From Candidatus Omnitrophota bacterium (GTDB lineage: Bacteria; Omnitrophota; Omnitrophia; Omnitrophales; Aquincolibacteriaceae), in the NCBI GenBank assembly GCA_016196555.1, contig JACPXL010000074.1, positions 1 through 60,390 of the forward strand: 60,390 nucleotides of DNA, in the 5' to 3' direction. How positions within the stretch are numbered: the first letter of the stretch is position 1; each line of letters opens with the position of its first letter. This document shows, piece by piece, positions 51,256 through 60,390 of the stretch. A program made the position numbers and the translations under genes. The notes beneath the pieces are model-generated. The model did not search any database, was not told the origin of the DNA, and worked only from the letters and a program-made list of their open reading frames with translations.

Positions 51256-52592
51256 TTCCTACCCAGAATTTTCTGAAAAATTCTTAGCGTGCTTTTTAAC
51301 TGAGCGGGAGTGTGCGCGGAAGAAATAAAATTAGCTTCGAATTGGGAAGGGGCCAGATAAATTCCGGCTTTGAGTGCGGCGTGAAAAAATTTGGCGTAGC
51401 GCTCAGTGTCGGATTTTTTTGCGCTGGCATAATCGGTCACAGGACCGTGTGTAAAAAATAAAGTGAACATAGAGCCCATTGCATTCACACAAAGCGGCAA
51501 ATCGTTTTCGCGAATCCATTTTCTAAGCCCTGCCGTCAATCCCACCGCATGACGGCTGAGCGAATCAAAATCCCGGCTTTTCAGGGCTTGCAGCATCCAC
51601 AAGGCTGCGGTCACGGCCATAGGATTTCCCGATAAAGTCCCCGCCTGATACACCGGCCCGGCCGGGGCGAGTTGGTCCATGATTTTGGAACGGCCGCCGA
51701 AAGCGGCGATCGGAAGTCCCCCGCCAAGAATTTTCCCCAAAGTGGTCAAATCAGGCTGAATTCCGAAAGACTGCTGCGCGCCGCCGCGCGAAATACGAAA
51801 ACCCGTAATCACTTCATCGAAAATTAAAAGAGCGCCGTATTTTTTGGTCAGCTTTCGCGCCGCTTCCAAATACCCGGCTTTCGGCAAAATCACTCCCATA
51901 TTGGCCGGCACCGGCTCTAAAATAAACGCCGCGAGATTCCGTCCTTCTTTTTTGAAAACTTTTTCCAGGGCGTTCATATCATTAAAAGGAATGCTGAGCG
52001 TAAGCCGCGCGAGTTCATCAGGAACGCCGGCGGAGTCCGGAATTCCGAATGTGGCGGCACCCGAACCCGCTTTCACCAAAAGACTGTCGGCATGGCCATG
52101 ATAACCTCCGTCAATTTTGAGAATTTTTTTGCGGCCGGTGAATCCGCGTGCAAGCCGTATCGCCGACATCACGGCTTCCGTGCCGGATGAAACCAAACGA
52201 ATTTTTTCCATGGAAGGAAAAAATGAATTTATTTCGCGCGCAAGCTTCACTTCTTTTTGCGTCGCGGCGCCGAAACTTGTACCGTACTCAATTTCACGGC
52301 GAAGGGTTTGAATTAATCCGGCAGGACTGTGGCCAAAAATAAGCGCTCCCCAGGACATGCAAAAATCGATATATTTTTTCCCGGATTCATCCCAAAGAAA
52401 AGGGCTTTTGCCTTTGCGTATGAAAACCGGTGCACCGCCAACAGCCTTAAAAGCGCGCACGGGAGAATTGACTCCGGAGGGAATATATTTTTGAGCGAGA
52501 GAGAAAAGAGATTTTGTTTTATTTGTCATTGCGAGGAGGCCGCAGGCCGACGAAGCAATCTCAAAACCGGGATTGCTTCGCAATGACAGCAT
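51252..52592 (-). CDS. hemL: glutamate-1-semialdehyde 2,1-aminomutase
   Basis: GVNSPVRAF, SGTEA.MSAIRLAR, FDEVITGFR, GKILGGGLP, YQAGTLSGNP. Confidence 0.96.
   Translation of the reverse strand: MLSLRSNPGFEIASSACGLLAMTNKTKSLFSLAQKYIPSGVNSPVRAFKAVGGAPVFIRKGKSPFLWDESGKKYIDFCMSWGALIFGHSPAGLIQTLRREIEYGTSFGAATQKEVKLAREINSFFPSMEKIRLVSSGTEAVMSAIRLARGFTGRKKILKIDGGYHGHADSLLVKAGSGAATFGIPDSAGVPDELARLTLSIPFNDMNALEKVFKKEGRNLAAFILEPVPANMGVILPKAGYLEAARKLTKKYGALLIFDEVITGFRISRGGAQQSFGIQPDLTTLGKILGGGLPIAAFGGRSKIMDQLAPAGPVYQAGTLSGNPMAVTAALWMLQALKSRDFDSLSRHAVGLTAGLRKWIRENDLPLCVNAMGSMFTLFFTHGPVTDYASAKKSDTERYAKFFHAALKAGIYLAPSQFEANFISSAHTPAQLKSTLRIFQKILGRN
52524..52588. repeat. family A palindromic repeat at the 5' end of hemL
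   Basis: tgtcattgcga...tcgcaatgaca; the 33-bp core cgacgaagcaatctcaaaaccgggattgcttcg is identical to the 49406 copy. Confidence 0.9.
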
Positions 52593-54607
52593 TAAGATTC
52601 AAGGGATTCATATTGTTTTTTGAGATTTTCGACTACGGCAGGGTCCGCCAGTGTCGTCGTATCGCCCAGGGCCTTGCCCTCTGCGATGTCGCGCAAAAGA
52701 CGGCGCATAATTTTTCCGGACCGGGTTTTGGGAAGGTCCGCCGAAAAAAGAACTGCTTCAGGACGCGCGATCGAGCCGATTTTTTTTGCCACGTGTTCTT
52801 TCAAGGCCTTGGCAAGTTCCTCGCTGGGTTTGTGGCCGCTTTTCAGCGTCACAAACGCCGCCACGGCCTGCCCTTTGATGTCATGAGCTTTCCCAACCAC
52901 GGCGGCTTCCGCGACTGCAGGATGGTCCACAAGCGCGCTTTCCACTTCCATCGTCCCAATCCGATGGCCGGCCACATTCATCACGTCATCGACCCGACCC
53001 ATAAACCAAAAATAACCTTCCTGATCGCGATTGGCCCCGTCACCGGCAAAATAAACATCTTTTTTGGAAGGCCACTTCGACCAATATTGTTTTACGTATC
53101 TTTCGTCATCATTAAAAATCGTGCGAAGCATAGACGGCCAAGGTTTTGTCAATGCCACATAACCGCCGCCGGTTTCGATGCGTTCGCCGGCCTCATTCAA
53201 AATCTCCGCAGAAATTCCGGGAAACGGTTTTGTGGCGGAACCCGGTTTCGTGACGGTCATGCCCGGCAAAGGTGAAATGAGAATCGACCCGGTTTCAGTC
53301 TGCCACCAAGTGTCCACCACCGGGCATTTCTTGCGGCCGATATGCTCCTGATACCACATCCAGGCCTCGGGGTTAATGGGCTCGCCCACTGATCCCAGGA
53401 GACGCAGCGAAGAAAGATCGCAGCCGGCCGGAAAATCGTTTCCCCATTTCATGAATGCGCGAATGGCGGTCGGTGCCGTATAAAAAATCGTAACGCCGTA
53501 TTTTTCGATTAATTTCCAAAAGCGATTTTTCTCGGGCCAGTCAGGCGCACCTTCATACATTAAAACCGTGGCCCCATTCGAAAGCGGCCCATAAATCACA
53601 TAACTATGCCCTGTAATCCATCCGATATCCGCCGTACACCAATAAACATCTTCATCTTTTAAATCGAAAATCCATTTGGTGGTAGCATAAACCCCGGTCA
53701 GATAGCCGCCGGTTGTATGAACAATCCCTTTGGGTTTTCCCGTGGTCCCGGAAGTATAGAGAATAAACAACATGTCTTCGGCATCGGTTTCAGCCGGCTC
53801 GCAATAAGAGTCTGCCTCTTTCATTAATTGATGCCACCAATAGTCGCGCCCTTCCTGAAAAGCACATTGAAAGCCAGAATTGGCGGAACGCTGGACAACA
53901 ATGACATTTTTGACCGAGTTGACGCCTTGTAAAGCTTCATCAGTCACTTTTTTCAAATGGATTTGATTGCCGCGCCTCCATCCAAAATCTGCCGTGATCA
54001 CAAGTTTGGCCTGAGCGTCGTTCATGCGGTCACGCAAAGATTCGGCGCTGAATCCTCCGAATACCACGCTATGGACCGCGCCAAGACGGGCGCAAGCCAG
54101 GCAGGCAATAAGAAGTTCGGGGATGAGCGGAAGATAAAGTCCTACGCAGTCGCCTTTTTGAATGCCCAATTTTTTCAGGACATTGGCGCATTGATTGACT
54201 TCGCGGTAAAGGTCCCAATAAGTCAGTGTGCGTGTATCGCCCGGCTCACCTTCCCAAATCACGGCGGCTTTGTTGCGCTTATCATGATGGCCGGTCTGGG
54301 AAAAAACGTGGCGGTCCACACAATTGACCGAGGCATTGATTTTTCCGCCGACAAACCATTCGGCATGCGGCGGTTTCCAATCGAGGATTTTTTTCCACGG
54401 CTTCATCCATTGAAGTTCGGAAGCCCAAGCCGCCCAATAAGCCTCGGGATCTTTAGCGGCTTTTTCATAAATGGCTTCGTCTTTGATCCAGGCATTTTTT
54501 TGAAAATCCGCGGGCGGGGGAAATTTTCTGTTTTCCTGCAAAAGAACGTCAATCGCCGATTGGGAAACAACGGTTTGCGATAAATCGGTTTTAGAGTTCT
54601 TCATCAA
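52592..54607 (-). CDS. acs: acetyl-CoA synthetase
   Basis: [36 protein letters not shown]. Confidence 0.97.
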   Translation of the reverse strand: MMKNSKTDLSQTVVSQSAIDVLLQENRKFPPPADFQKNAWIKDEAIYEKAAKDPEAYWAAWASELQWMKPWKKILDWKPPHAEWFVGGKINASVNCVDRHVFSQTGHHDKRNKAAVIWEGEPGDTRTLTYWDLYREVNQCANVLKKLGIQKGDCVGLYLPLIPELLIACLACARLGAVHSVVFGGFSAESLRDRMNDAQAKLVITADFGWRRGNQIHLKKVTDEALQGVNSVKNVIVVQRSANSGFQCAFQEGRDYWWHQLMKEADSYCEPAETDAEDMLFILYTSGTTGKPKGIVHTTGGYLTGVYATTKWIFDLKDEDVYWCTADIGWITGHSYVIYGPLSNGATVLMYEGAPDWPEKNRFWKLIEKYGVTIFYTAPTAIRAFMKWGNDFPAGCDLSSLRLLGSVGEPINPEAWMWYQEHIGRKKCPVVDTWWQTETGSILISPLPGMTVTKPGSATKPFPGISAEILNEAGERIETGGGYVALTKPWPSMLRTIFNDDERYVKQYWSKWPSKKDVYFAGDGANRDQEGYFWFMGRVDDVMNVAGHRIGTMEVESALVDHPAVAEAAVVGKAHDIKGQAVAAFVTLKSGHKPSEELAKALKEHVAKKIGSIARPEAVLFSADLPKTRSGKIMRRLLRDIAEGKALGDTTTLADPAVVENLKKQYESLES

Positions 54608-54926
54608 ATTTCCAATTGGTATACAGATGATAATCGAGAATGCGTTCGGGGTATTCGCTGATGCGGAAGGTGAAGTTGGCGATGCCGCCTTGCGGCAATA
54701 TTTCCGGCTCAGGGGCCATGCTCGTGCTGAGGGCCGGGATTTTATTTTTATCGAAAATGACGACGCTTACGCGCAAATCGCGTATGGAATGCCCGATATT
54801 ATTGATGACAATCCCGCGCAATTCGGCACCTTTGTCGTGCTCGAAGCTGGAGGCCCCCCCTTTGACAATGACTTGTCGGGGAAGTTTTTGAAAACTTTCG
54901 ATTTCGGGAAAGGCTTCGATTCCCAT
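54591..54926 (-). CDS. hypothetical Ig-like (FxLYD-like) protein
   Basis: G.V.N..G, V..FD, L.PG-like pattern. Confidence 0.55.
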   Translation of the reverse strand: MGIEAFPEIESFQKLPRQVIVKGGASSFEHDKGAELRGIVINNIGHSIRDLRVSVVIFDKNKIPALSTSMAPEPEILPQGGIANFTFRISEYPERILDYHLYTNWKFDEEL

Positions 54927-54971
54927 GGTAAGAGCGTATTATCCACGGAATATTGCCAAGCTCAAGCTAAT

Positions 54972-56648
54972 TTACGCGAGATGGACTTGTTCGATGAGCT
55001 TCTCGAGGCGGTCTTTCTGATAATTCTCGGAGGTAAGTTCTTTGCGTTCTTTGAGAACGCCGATAAAGGCCTTCACAACTTCGGGATCAAACTGTGTCCC
55101 CGAACACACAATGAGTTCATTGACGGCATCTTCAATAGTCATGGTTTTTTTGTAACGGCCGCCCGCAATGCGGATGGTGTCATAGGAGTCAATCACGGCA
55201 ATGATGCGCGCACCCAGCGGGATTTCATTCCCCTTCAGGCGGCATGGATATCCTTCCCCGTTAAACCATTCATGATGATGCAGCACCAGCACGGCCTCTT
55301 CCTGTAAAAATTTAATGGGCTTCAAAATTTTATAGCCCATGTAAGGGTGCTGCTTCATGAGTTCATATTCCGAGAAAGTCAATTTCCCCTGTTTCAAAAG
55401 AATGCTGTCAGGAATGCAGATTTTCCCAACATCATGAAGAAGCGCCGCATGCTCCACCACTTCGGCTTCATCCAAAGTCATGCCCATGATTTCAGCCACC
55501 TGCATGGAATATTTGGCGCAGCTCGCCGCATGACCTGCCGTGAAACGGTCTTTGCTTTCAAGCGCCAGGATCATGGCTTTGGAGGCATCGAGATACCCGC
55601 GCCGGGCGGTGTCGGAAATTTCGGAAAGATGGCGCTGAAAATTCATAATTTTATCGTCGCTGATTTTAAAACTCGGCATGCCTTCTGTGAAGACAGACAT
55701 GATGTCTTTATAAAGGGTCACGCGGTTACGGCCTCCGACTTTGGAGCGCAGCAGGGCCTGTCCGGCATAGGTCATCAGTTCGCAGCGATTTTGCATGGAA
55801 TCTTCGGGAAAAGCAGAAATGCCGATAGAAACGGTGAGATTAAATTCCAGCTGGCCCACTTTAAAAACATGTTCGGCGAAGGTCGCCTTCAAACGGGCCG
55901 CCAGATGCGCGGCGCCTTTATAATCGACATTCGGCAGAATCAAAGCAAATTCTTCCCCGCCATAACGGGCCACAAGATCGCTCAAACGGCAATTGTCAAA
56001 AAGAATATGGGCGCATTGTTTGAGAATGCTGTCTCCAATGCGGTATCCTTCTTTTTCATTAAATGTCTTAAAGTGGTCAATGTCGACCAGCAGACAGGAC
56101 ACAGGATATTTATGGCGAAAGGCGCGTGAAAATTCCTCGACTACACGTTCGTGAAGATAACTGTGATTTAAAAGACCCGTCAATTCGTCGCGGATCGCAA
56201 GTTTTTGTGCTCTTTCTTTCTTTTGAGTGAAAACTTTTTTGGGAGCATTTTTTTTGAATTTTTTGCATGATTCTCTGAGCTGACGCGCGAGGTCCGTAAA
56301 ATCTTCGCTGTTTCGCACAATCACATCCGCCACTCCCTGACGCACGGCTTCACGCACCAATTCATCATCGTGAATGGGGGTCATTAAAATAAAAGGGATT
56401 TGGGGATAGTTTTGATTAAACTGCGTCAAAATGCTCAAACCGGATTGGCCGTCGATTTGGGATTCGACCAAAAGTAAATCGTAGGAATTTTCAGCGAGTT
56501 TCTGATAGGCCTCTTCAAGATTCAGGGCATGATCAAAACGAGAAAAAAAATGCTTATTTTCTTCGAATTCTTTTTGCAGGCGGGAGAAAATCTCAAGATC
56601 ATTTTCCACCACAAGTACGGAAAAGCTCTGCCTTCCGCGGACCGCCAT
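54972..56648 (-). CDS. receiver-like + GGDEF + HD-GYP protein
   Basis: RLSD I-site, RYGGEEF, LHDVGK, HHEWFNGEGYP. Confidence 0.92.
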   Translation of the reverse strand: MAVRGRQSFSVLVVENDLEIFSRLQKEFEENKHFFSRFDHALNLEEAYQKLAENSYDLLLVESQIDGQSGLSILTQFNQNYPQIPFILMTPIHDDELVREAVRQGVADVIVRNSEDFTDLARQLRESCKKFKKNAPKKVFTQKKERAQKLAIRDELTGLLNHSYLHERVVEEFSRAFRHKYPVSCLLVDIDHFKTFNEKEGYRIGDSILKQCAHILFDNCRLSDLVARYGGEEFALILPNVDYKGAAHLAARLKATFAEHVFKVGQLEFNLTVSIGISAFPEDSMQNRCELMTYAGQALLRSKVGGRNRVTLYKDIMSVFTEGMPSFKISDDKIMNFQRHLSEISDTARRGYLDASKAMILALESKDRFTAGHAASCAKYSMQVAEIMGMTLDEAEVVEHAALLHDVGKICIPDSILLKQGKLTFSEYELMKQHPYMGYKILKPIKFLQEEAVLVLHHHEWFNGEGYPCRLKGNEIPLGARIIAVIDSYDTIRIAGGRYKKTMTIEDAVNELIVCSGTQFDPEVVKAFIGVLKERKELTSENYQKDRLEKLIEQVHLA

Positions 56649-56730
56649 ACTGCCCCCTTTTTAAAATCGAACTCTAGCTAGAAGTATAGCTGTGCGGAAA
56701 GGCCTTTTCAAATAAGGCGGGGAAATAGTT

Positions 56731-57756
56731 TTAACTATTTGATACTAATGAGGTTAGAGCGAATCCAGGCTCGTTATTCCAAAGGGCGATTTGTTTGGCA
56801 TAATAGGTGAGAAAAATACCCGCTCCGGCACGGGCCAGAGAGGTCATGGTTTCCATGACCATATTTCTTTCATCCACCATTCCTTTTTCACTGGCGGCCT
56901 TGATCATGGAATATTCACCGCTTACGGAATAAGCCGCAATTGGAACATCAAATTTTTGAGAGGCCTCGCGAATTATGTCCAAATAAGCCAGTGCGGGTTT
57001 GACCATAATGATGTCGGCGCCTTCTGCAAGATCCAGGGAGATTTCGCGCATGGCTTCTTTGCGATTAGCCGGGTCCATTTGATAAGTTTTTCTGTCTCCG
57101 GAAGCGGGTGCGCTGTGCGCTGCTTCGCGAAAAGGCCCGTAAAAAGCCGAGGCGTATTTTGCCGCATAACTCATCACCGGAAGATTCTGAAATCCTTTCA
57201 CATCAAGCGCAGAACGAATCGCTTTCACGCGGCCATCCATCATGTCGCTGGGCGCAACCAAATCCGCACCCGCTTCGGCGTGGGAAAGCGCAACATCGGC
57301 AAGAAGCCGGATTGAACTGTCGTTATCGATTTCCCCTTTTTCATTCACAAGCCCGCAGTGGCCGTGACGCGTATAAGCACAAAGGCAAATATCGGTGATG
57401 ACTAAAAGGTCGGGGAATTGCTTTTTTACGGCACGCAGGGTTTTTTGAATAATGCCTTCGCGCGACCAGGCTTGGCTGGCTTTTTCATCTTTTAAATCCG
57501 GAATACCAAAAAGAATCATGGAATGAATTCCTGCTTCGACTAATTCTTCTAATTCCGGAAGAAGGGAATCCGGCGAAAAGCGAGAAATGCCCGGCATGGC
57601 TTCGATAGGTTCCACAATGCCGCGGCCTTCCCTCACAAAATAAGGCATGATGAATTGATCGAGTGAAAGGCGGGTCTCGCGCACGAGCCGTCTTAAAGGT
57701 GCGCTGCCGCGAAGGCGCCGCAAACGCGTAGCAGGAAAAGATTCGTTATTTTGCAT
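56731..57756 (-). CDS. hemB: porphobilinogen synthase
   Basis: DICLCAYT.HGHCG, APSDMMDGR, SAFYGPFREA, MVKP, VSGEY. Confidence 0.97.
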   Translation of the reverse strand: MQNNESFPATRLRRLRGSAPLRRLVRETRLSLDQFIMPYFVREGRGIVEPIEAMPGISRFSPDSLLPELEELVEAGIHSMILFGIPDLKDEKASQAWSREGIIQKTLRAVKKQFPDLLVITDICLCAYTRHGHCGLVNEKGEIDNDSSIRLLADVALSHAEAGADLVAPSDMMDGRVKAIRSALDVKGFQNLPVMSYAAKYASAFYGPFREAAHSAPASGDRKTYQMDPANRKEAMREISLDLAEGADIIMVKPALAYLDIIREASQKFDVPIAAYSVSGEYSMIKAASEKGMVDERNMVMETMTSLARAGAGIFLTYYAKQIALWNNEPGFALTSLVSNS

Positions 57757-59302
57757 GAGTCATGGCCTCAACCAGTCCTAAAAGAGTGTGCTCCCGGGCT
57801 TCACGATAAGGTCTTAATCCGAAATCCAGCAGAGTGTTAGTGGTCACAGGACCAATGGAAATAAGCCGGCTTTTTGCCGCCACAGAGCCTTTTGCCCGGT
57901 TCAGCGCCTCAAAGAAATTTTTGACCGTGGATGAACTGGTGAACGTAATATAATCGATTTTCTCGGATTTGATCAAGCGTTCCAATTTGCTGTTCCGGTT
58001 CCCGGCTGGGACGGTGCGGTAAGCCACCACCTCGGACACAAAACCGCCTTGCTTCTCAAGTTCGTCCTTTAAAAATTTTGGGGCAATATCGGTGCGCGGA
58101 AGAAGAAATCTCTGGCCGGAAATTTGATTGCGCTGTTTGAATTCAGCGATCAAGGCTTCAGAAGTAAATTTTTTGGGAACAAGGTCGGCGAAAATTCCGT
58201 TCTCCCGCAATGCCCCTGCCGTCGCATCACCGATTGCCGCAATTTTGAGATGAGCAAGATTGCGCGCATCTTTTTTGTTTTCACGCAGCCGGGCAAAAAA
58301 ATAAGAAACGCCGTGAACACTTGTAAAAATAACCCAATCGAAACTTTTGATGCTCTTGACTGCCCGGTCCAAATCCTGCCAATTTTTGGGCGGTTCAATT
58401 TGAATCGCGGGAAATTCCATCACACGGGCCCCTTCATTTTCAAGAATACGTCGAAGCCCGCTCGCCTGGGTGCGCGCGCGGGTGATGAGCACGGTTTTCC
58501 CCGAGAGCGGTTTTTTTTCGGCGGAATTTTTGACGCCCGAAAACCAATTGAGTTTTTTCCGGTAACGATTGACCTCTCCGATAATCATGAGGGCCGGCGA
58601 GCTCATGCGCTGGGACTTCACCTTTTGAAGAATGCCGCCGAGATTTCCTTCCGCCACACGCTGCCGCGGAAGCGTTCCCCATTCAATCACACTTACGGGT
58701 GTTTGCAGTGATTTTCCCCCGTCTTTCAGGGATTTTACAATGGAAGCCAATCTTTTAATTCCCATAAAAGCAACCAGAGTCCCGTTAAAAGAGGCGAATT
58801 TTTTCCAATCAAGAGAGGACATTTTTTTGTGCGGATCTTCATGCGCCGTGGCAAAGAGCACGGCTGAAGACAATTTTCTATCGGTGACCGGAATTCCCGC
58901 ATAAGCCGGTACCGCATATCCGGCGCTTACGCCCGGAACAATTTCAAACGGGACATGATGATCTTTGAGATAAGAAGCTTCTTCGGCGCCGCGGCCAAAA
59001 ATAAACGGATCGCCGCCTTTAAGCCGGACCACGATTTTGCCTTTTTTGGCAATTCGGACAAGTATACGATTGATTTGCTGCTGGCGAATATTTCCGCCTT
59101 TTTCGCTGTCTTCCTCATCACTGCTTTTTTTGCCGGCATAAATTTTTTCAGCGCGGGCCGCAAAAGCAAGGATTTCAGGATTGACCAGCCGGTCATACAC
59201 GACGACATCCGCTTTGGCCAACAGCATAGCGCCGCGCAAAGTCAGCAGCCCGGAATCACCCGGCCCTGCACCCACAAGATAAACCGTCCCGTTTTTTTTC
59301 AT
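57746..59302 (-). CDS. cobA: uroporphyrinogen-III C-methyltransferase / uroporphyrinogen-III synthase fusion (CobA-HemD)
   Basis: GAGPGD, RLKGGDP.IFGRG.EE; C-terminal HemD ITRA, FTS..GV, FTSSSTV, IGPVT. Confidence 0.95.
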   Translation of the reverse strand: MKKNGTVYLVGAGPGDSGLLTLRGAMLLAKADVVVYDRLVNPEILAFAARAEKIYAGKKSSDEEDSEKGGNIRQQQINRILVRIAKKGKIVVRLKGGDPFIFGRGAEEASYLKDHHVPFEIVPGVSAGYAVPAYAGIPVTDRKLSSAVLFATAHEDPHKKMSSLDWKKFASFNGTLVAFMGIKRLASIVKSLKDGGKSLQTPVSVIEWGTLPRQRVAEGNLGGILQKVKSQRMSSPALMIIGEVNRYRKKLNWFSGVKNSAEKKPLSGKTVLITRARTQASGLRRILENEGARVMEFPAIQIEPPKNWQDLDRAVKSIKSFDWVIFTSVHGVSYFFARLRENKKDARNLAHLKIAAIGDATAGALRENGIFADLVPKKFTSEALIAEFKQRNQISGQRFLLPRTDIAPKFLKDELEKQGGFVSEVVAYRTVPAGNRNSKLERLIKSEKIDYITFTSSSTVKNFFEALNRAKGSVAAKSRLISIGPVTTNTLLDFGLRPYREAREHTLLGLVEAMTHAK

Positions 59303-59319
59303 TGTTCCTTTGGCTTTTC

Positions 59320-59416
59320 CGTCATTCTGAACCGCCGACCCTCTGCGAGGGCAGTAAAAAGCACGAGGCGGTGAAGAATCTCACAACTGAGATCCTTCGC
59401 TCCGCTCAGGATGACG
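59320..59416. repeat. family B palindromic repeat overlapping the hemC 3' end
   Basis: cgtcattctga...gaagaatctca caac tgagatccttc...tcaggatgacg; contains the hemC stop. Confidence 0.85.
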
Positions 59417-60355
59417 AAGAGTCGGCCGCACATTCTGTTTTATTTTTTCCAGAATCACTCGGCCACCGTTTGCTAAAATTAAATTCGCGAGATTTTCGCC
59501 AAGATGGGCCGCCTGATCGAGGGTGCCTTCGATTCTTTGCTCCACCCATTCATGCCCTTCCGTGGCAAAAAGCGCTCCGCGGGCAGTAATCCGCCCATTA
59601 TGAACCGCCGTCGTCACGCCGCAGGGAAGCTGACATCCGCCTTCAAGCCGGCGCAAAAAGGCGCGTTCGCAGTCCAGTCTTTTCCCGCTCAGCGCGTGAT
59701 GCAAAGGCTCAAGAATTTCATCCACTTCTTGGTCATTCACACGGCTTTGGACCGCAATCACACCCTGTCCCGGCGCCGGATAAAAAGTATCTTCCGGAAA
59801 AATTTCACTCACACAATTTCCGAAACCAATGCGTTTGATCCCGGCATAGGCAAGAACAACGGCGTCGAATTCTCCGTCATCGATTTTTCGTATACGCGTA
59901 TCCACATTGCCGTGAATTTCTTCGACAATCAGCTCGGCATTCCAGCGAAGGAGCTGCATTTTTCGCCTGAGAGAACTCGTGCCGATGCGCGCGCCCAGCG
60001 GAAGCTCGGAAAGTTTTTTCTTGTCACGGCTGACGAGACAATCACGCGGGTCTTCGCGCTCAAGCACCGCTCCGATTTTGAGTCCGTCCGGCATGATTGC
60101 CGCAAGATCTTTGGCGCTATGCACGGCCAAATCAATTTCACTTTTTAAAAGAGCGTCTTCAATTTCGCGTGTATAAATCCGTTTGGTTTCAAAAGGGGCC
60201 GTGCCGCCGCGGCGTATCATATCGCCGCTTGTTTTGATTTTAACAATCTCAACCGTGACGAGCGGAAAATCCTGGCTGATACGGGTTTTGACAAGCTCGG
60301 CCTGATAAAGCGCCAACTGGCTTCCCCGCGTTCCGATACGGATGGAGGATTTCAC
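59381..60355 (-). CDS. hemC: hydroxymethylbilane synthase
   Basis: IGTRGS.LAL.Q, AVHSAKD, GTSSLRR, GNVDTR, PAPGQG, LEGGC. Confidence 0.97.
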   Translation of the reverse strand: MKSSIRIGTRGSQLALYQAELVKTRISQDFPLVTVEIVKIKTSGDMIRRGGTAPFETKRIYTREIEDALLKSEIDLAVHSAKDLAAIMPDGLKIGAVLEREDPRDCLVSRDKKKLSELPLGARIGTSSLRRKMQLLRWNAELIVEEIHGNVDTRIRKIDDGEFDAVVLAYAGIKRIGFGNCVSEIFPEDTFYPAPGQGVIAVQSRVNDQEVDEILEPLHHALSGKRLDCERAFLRRLEGGCQLPCGVTTAVHNGRITARGALFATEGHEWVEQRIEGTLDQAAHLGENLANLILANGGRVILEKIKQNVRPTLRHPERSEGSQL

Positions 60356-60390
60356 TCGTCTTGGTCCAGATGAAAGAGCGACCGGAGGGC
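60352..60390 (-). CDS. C-terminal end of the upstream gene, probably glutamyl-tRNA reductase
   Basis: ...ALRSLFHLDQDE*; GTGA overlap with hemC; LF.L ending and position fit HemA. Confidence 0.5.
   Translation of the reverse strand, partial: ALRSLFHLDQDE

Overview
A 60-kb, gene-dense bacterial chromosomal segment of roughly 45-50% GC (estimated by eye). The organism is diderm (hldD, LpxL-like acyltransferase, outer-membrane barrel, PilT/U). Gene content is reminiscent of Ca. Omnitrophota/PVC, but that is an unverified inference. Most genes are housekeeping: trmB, RNA m5U methyltransferase, folBK, grxD/bolA, maf, a sulfate ABC transporter with an Rrf2 regulator, eno, purN, rsmI, rlmH, thiD, acs and hemC-cobA/hemD-hemB-hemL. 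The main finding is an initiator tRNA-fMet gene (minus strand, 38018-38316) split after U33 by a 222-nt ORF-less, Azoarcus-like group I intron. About 200 bp downstream, outside the intron, lies a free-standing I-Ssp6803I-like PD-(D/E)XK endonuclease gene. It is flanked by apparent relics of the intron P1 helix and has a hairpin-sequestered RBS, which makes the pair a candidate chromosomal 'collaborative homing' system. Other points of interest: (i) seven copies of two families of palindromic repeats, five of them inside or overlapping reading frames; (ii) a bufferin-type MNIO (DUF692) RiPP cluster with YceI and PAP2 neighbours but no DoxX; (iii) many apparently leaderless promoters; (iv) a low-GC islet encoding two small membrane peptides. 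No CRISPR array, rRNA, integrase or transposase was seen.
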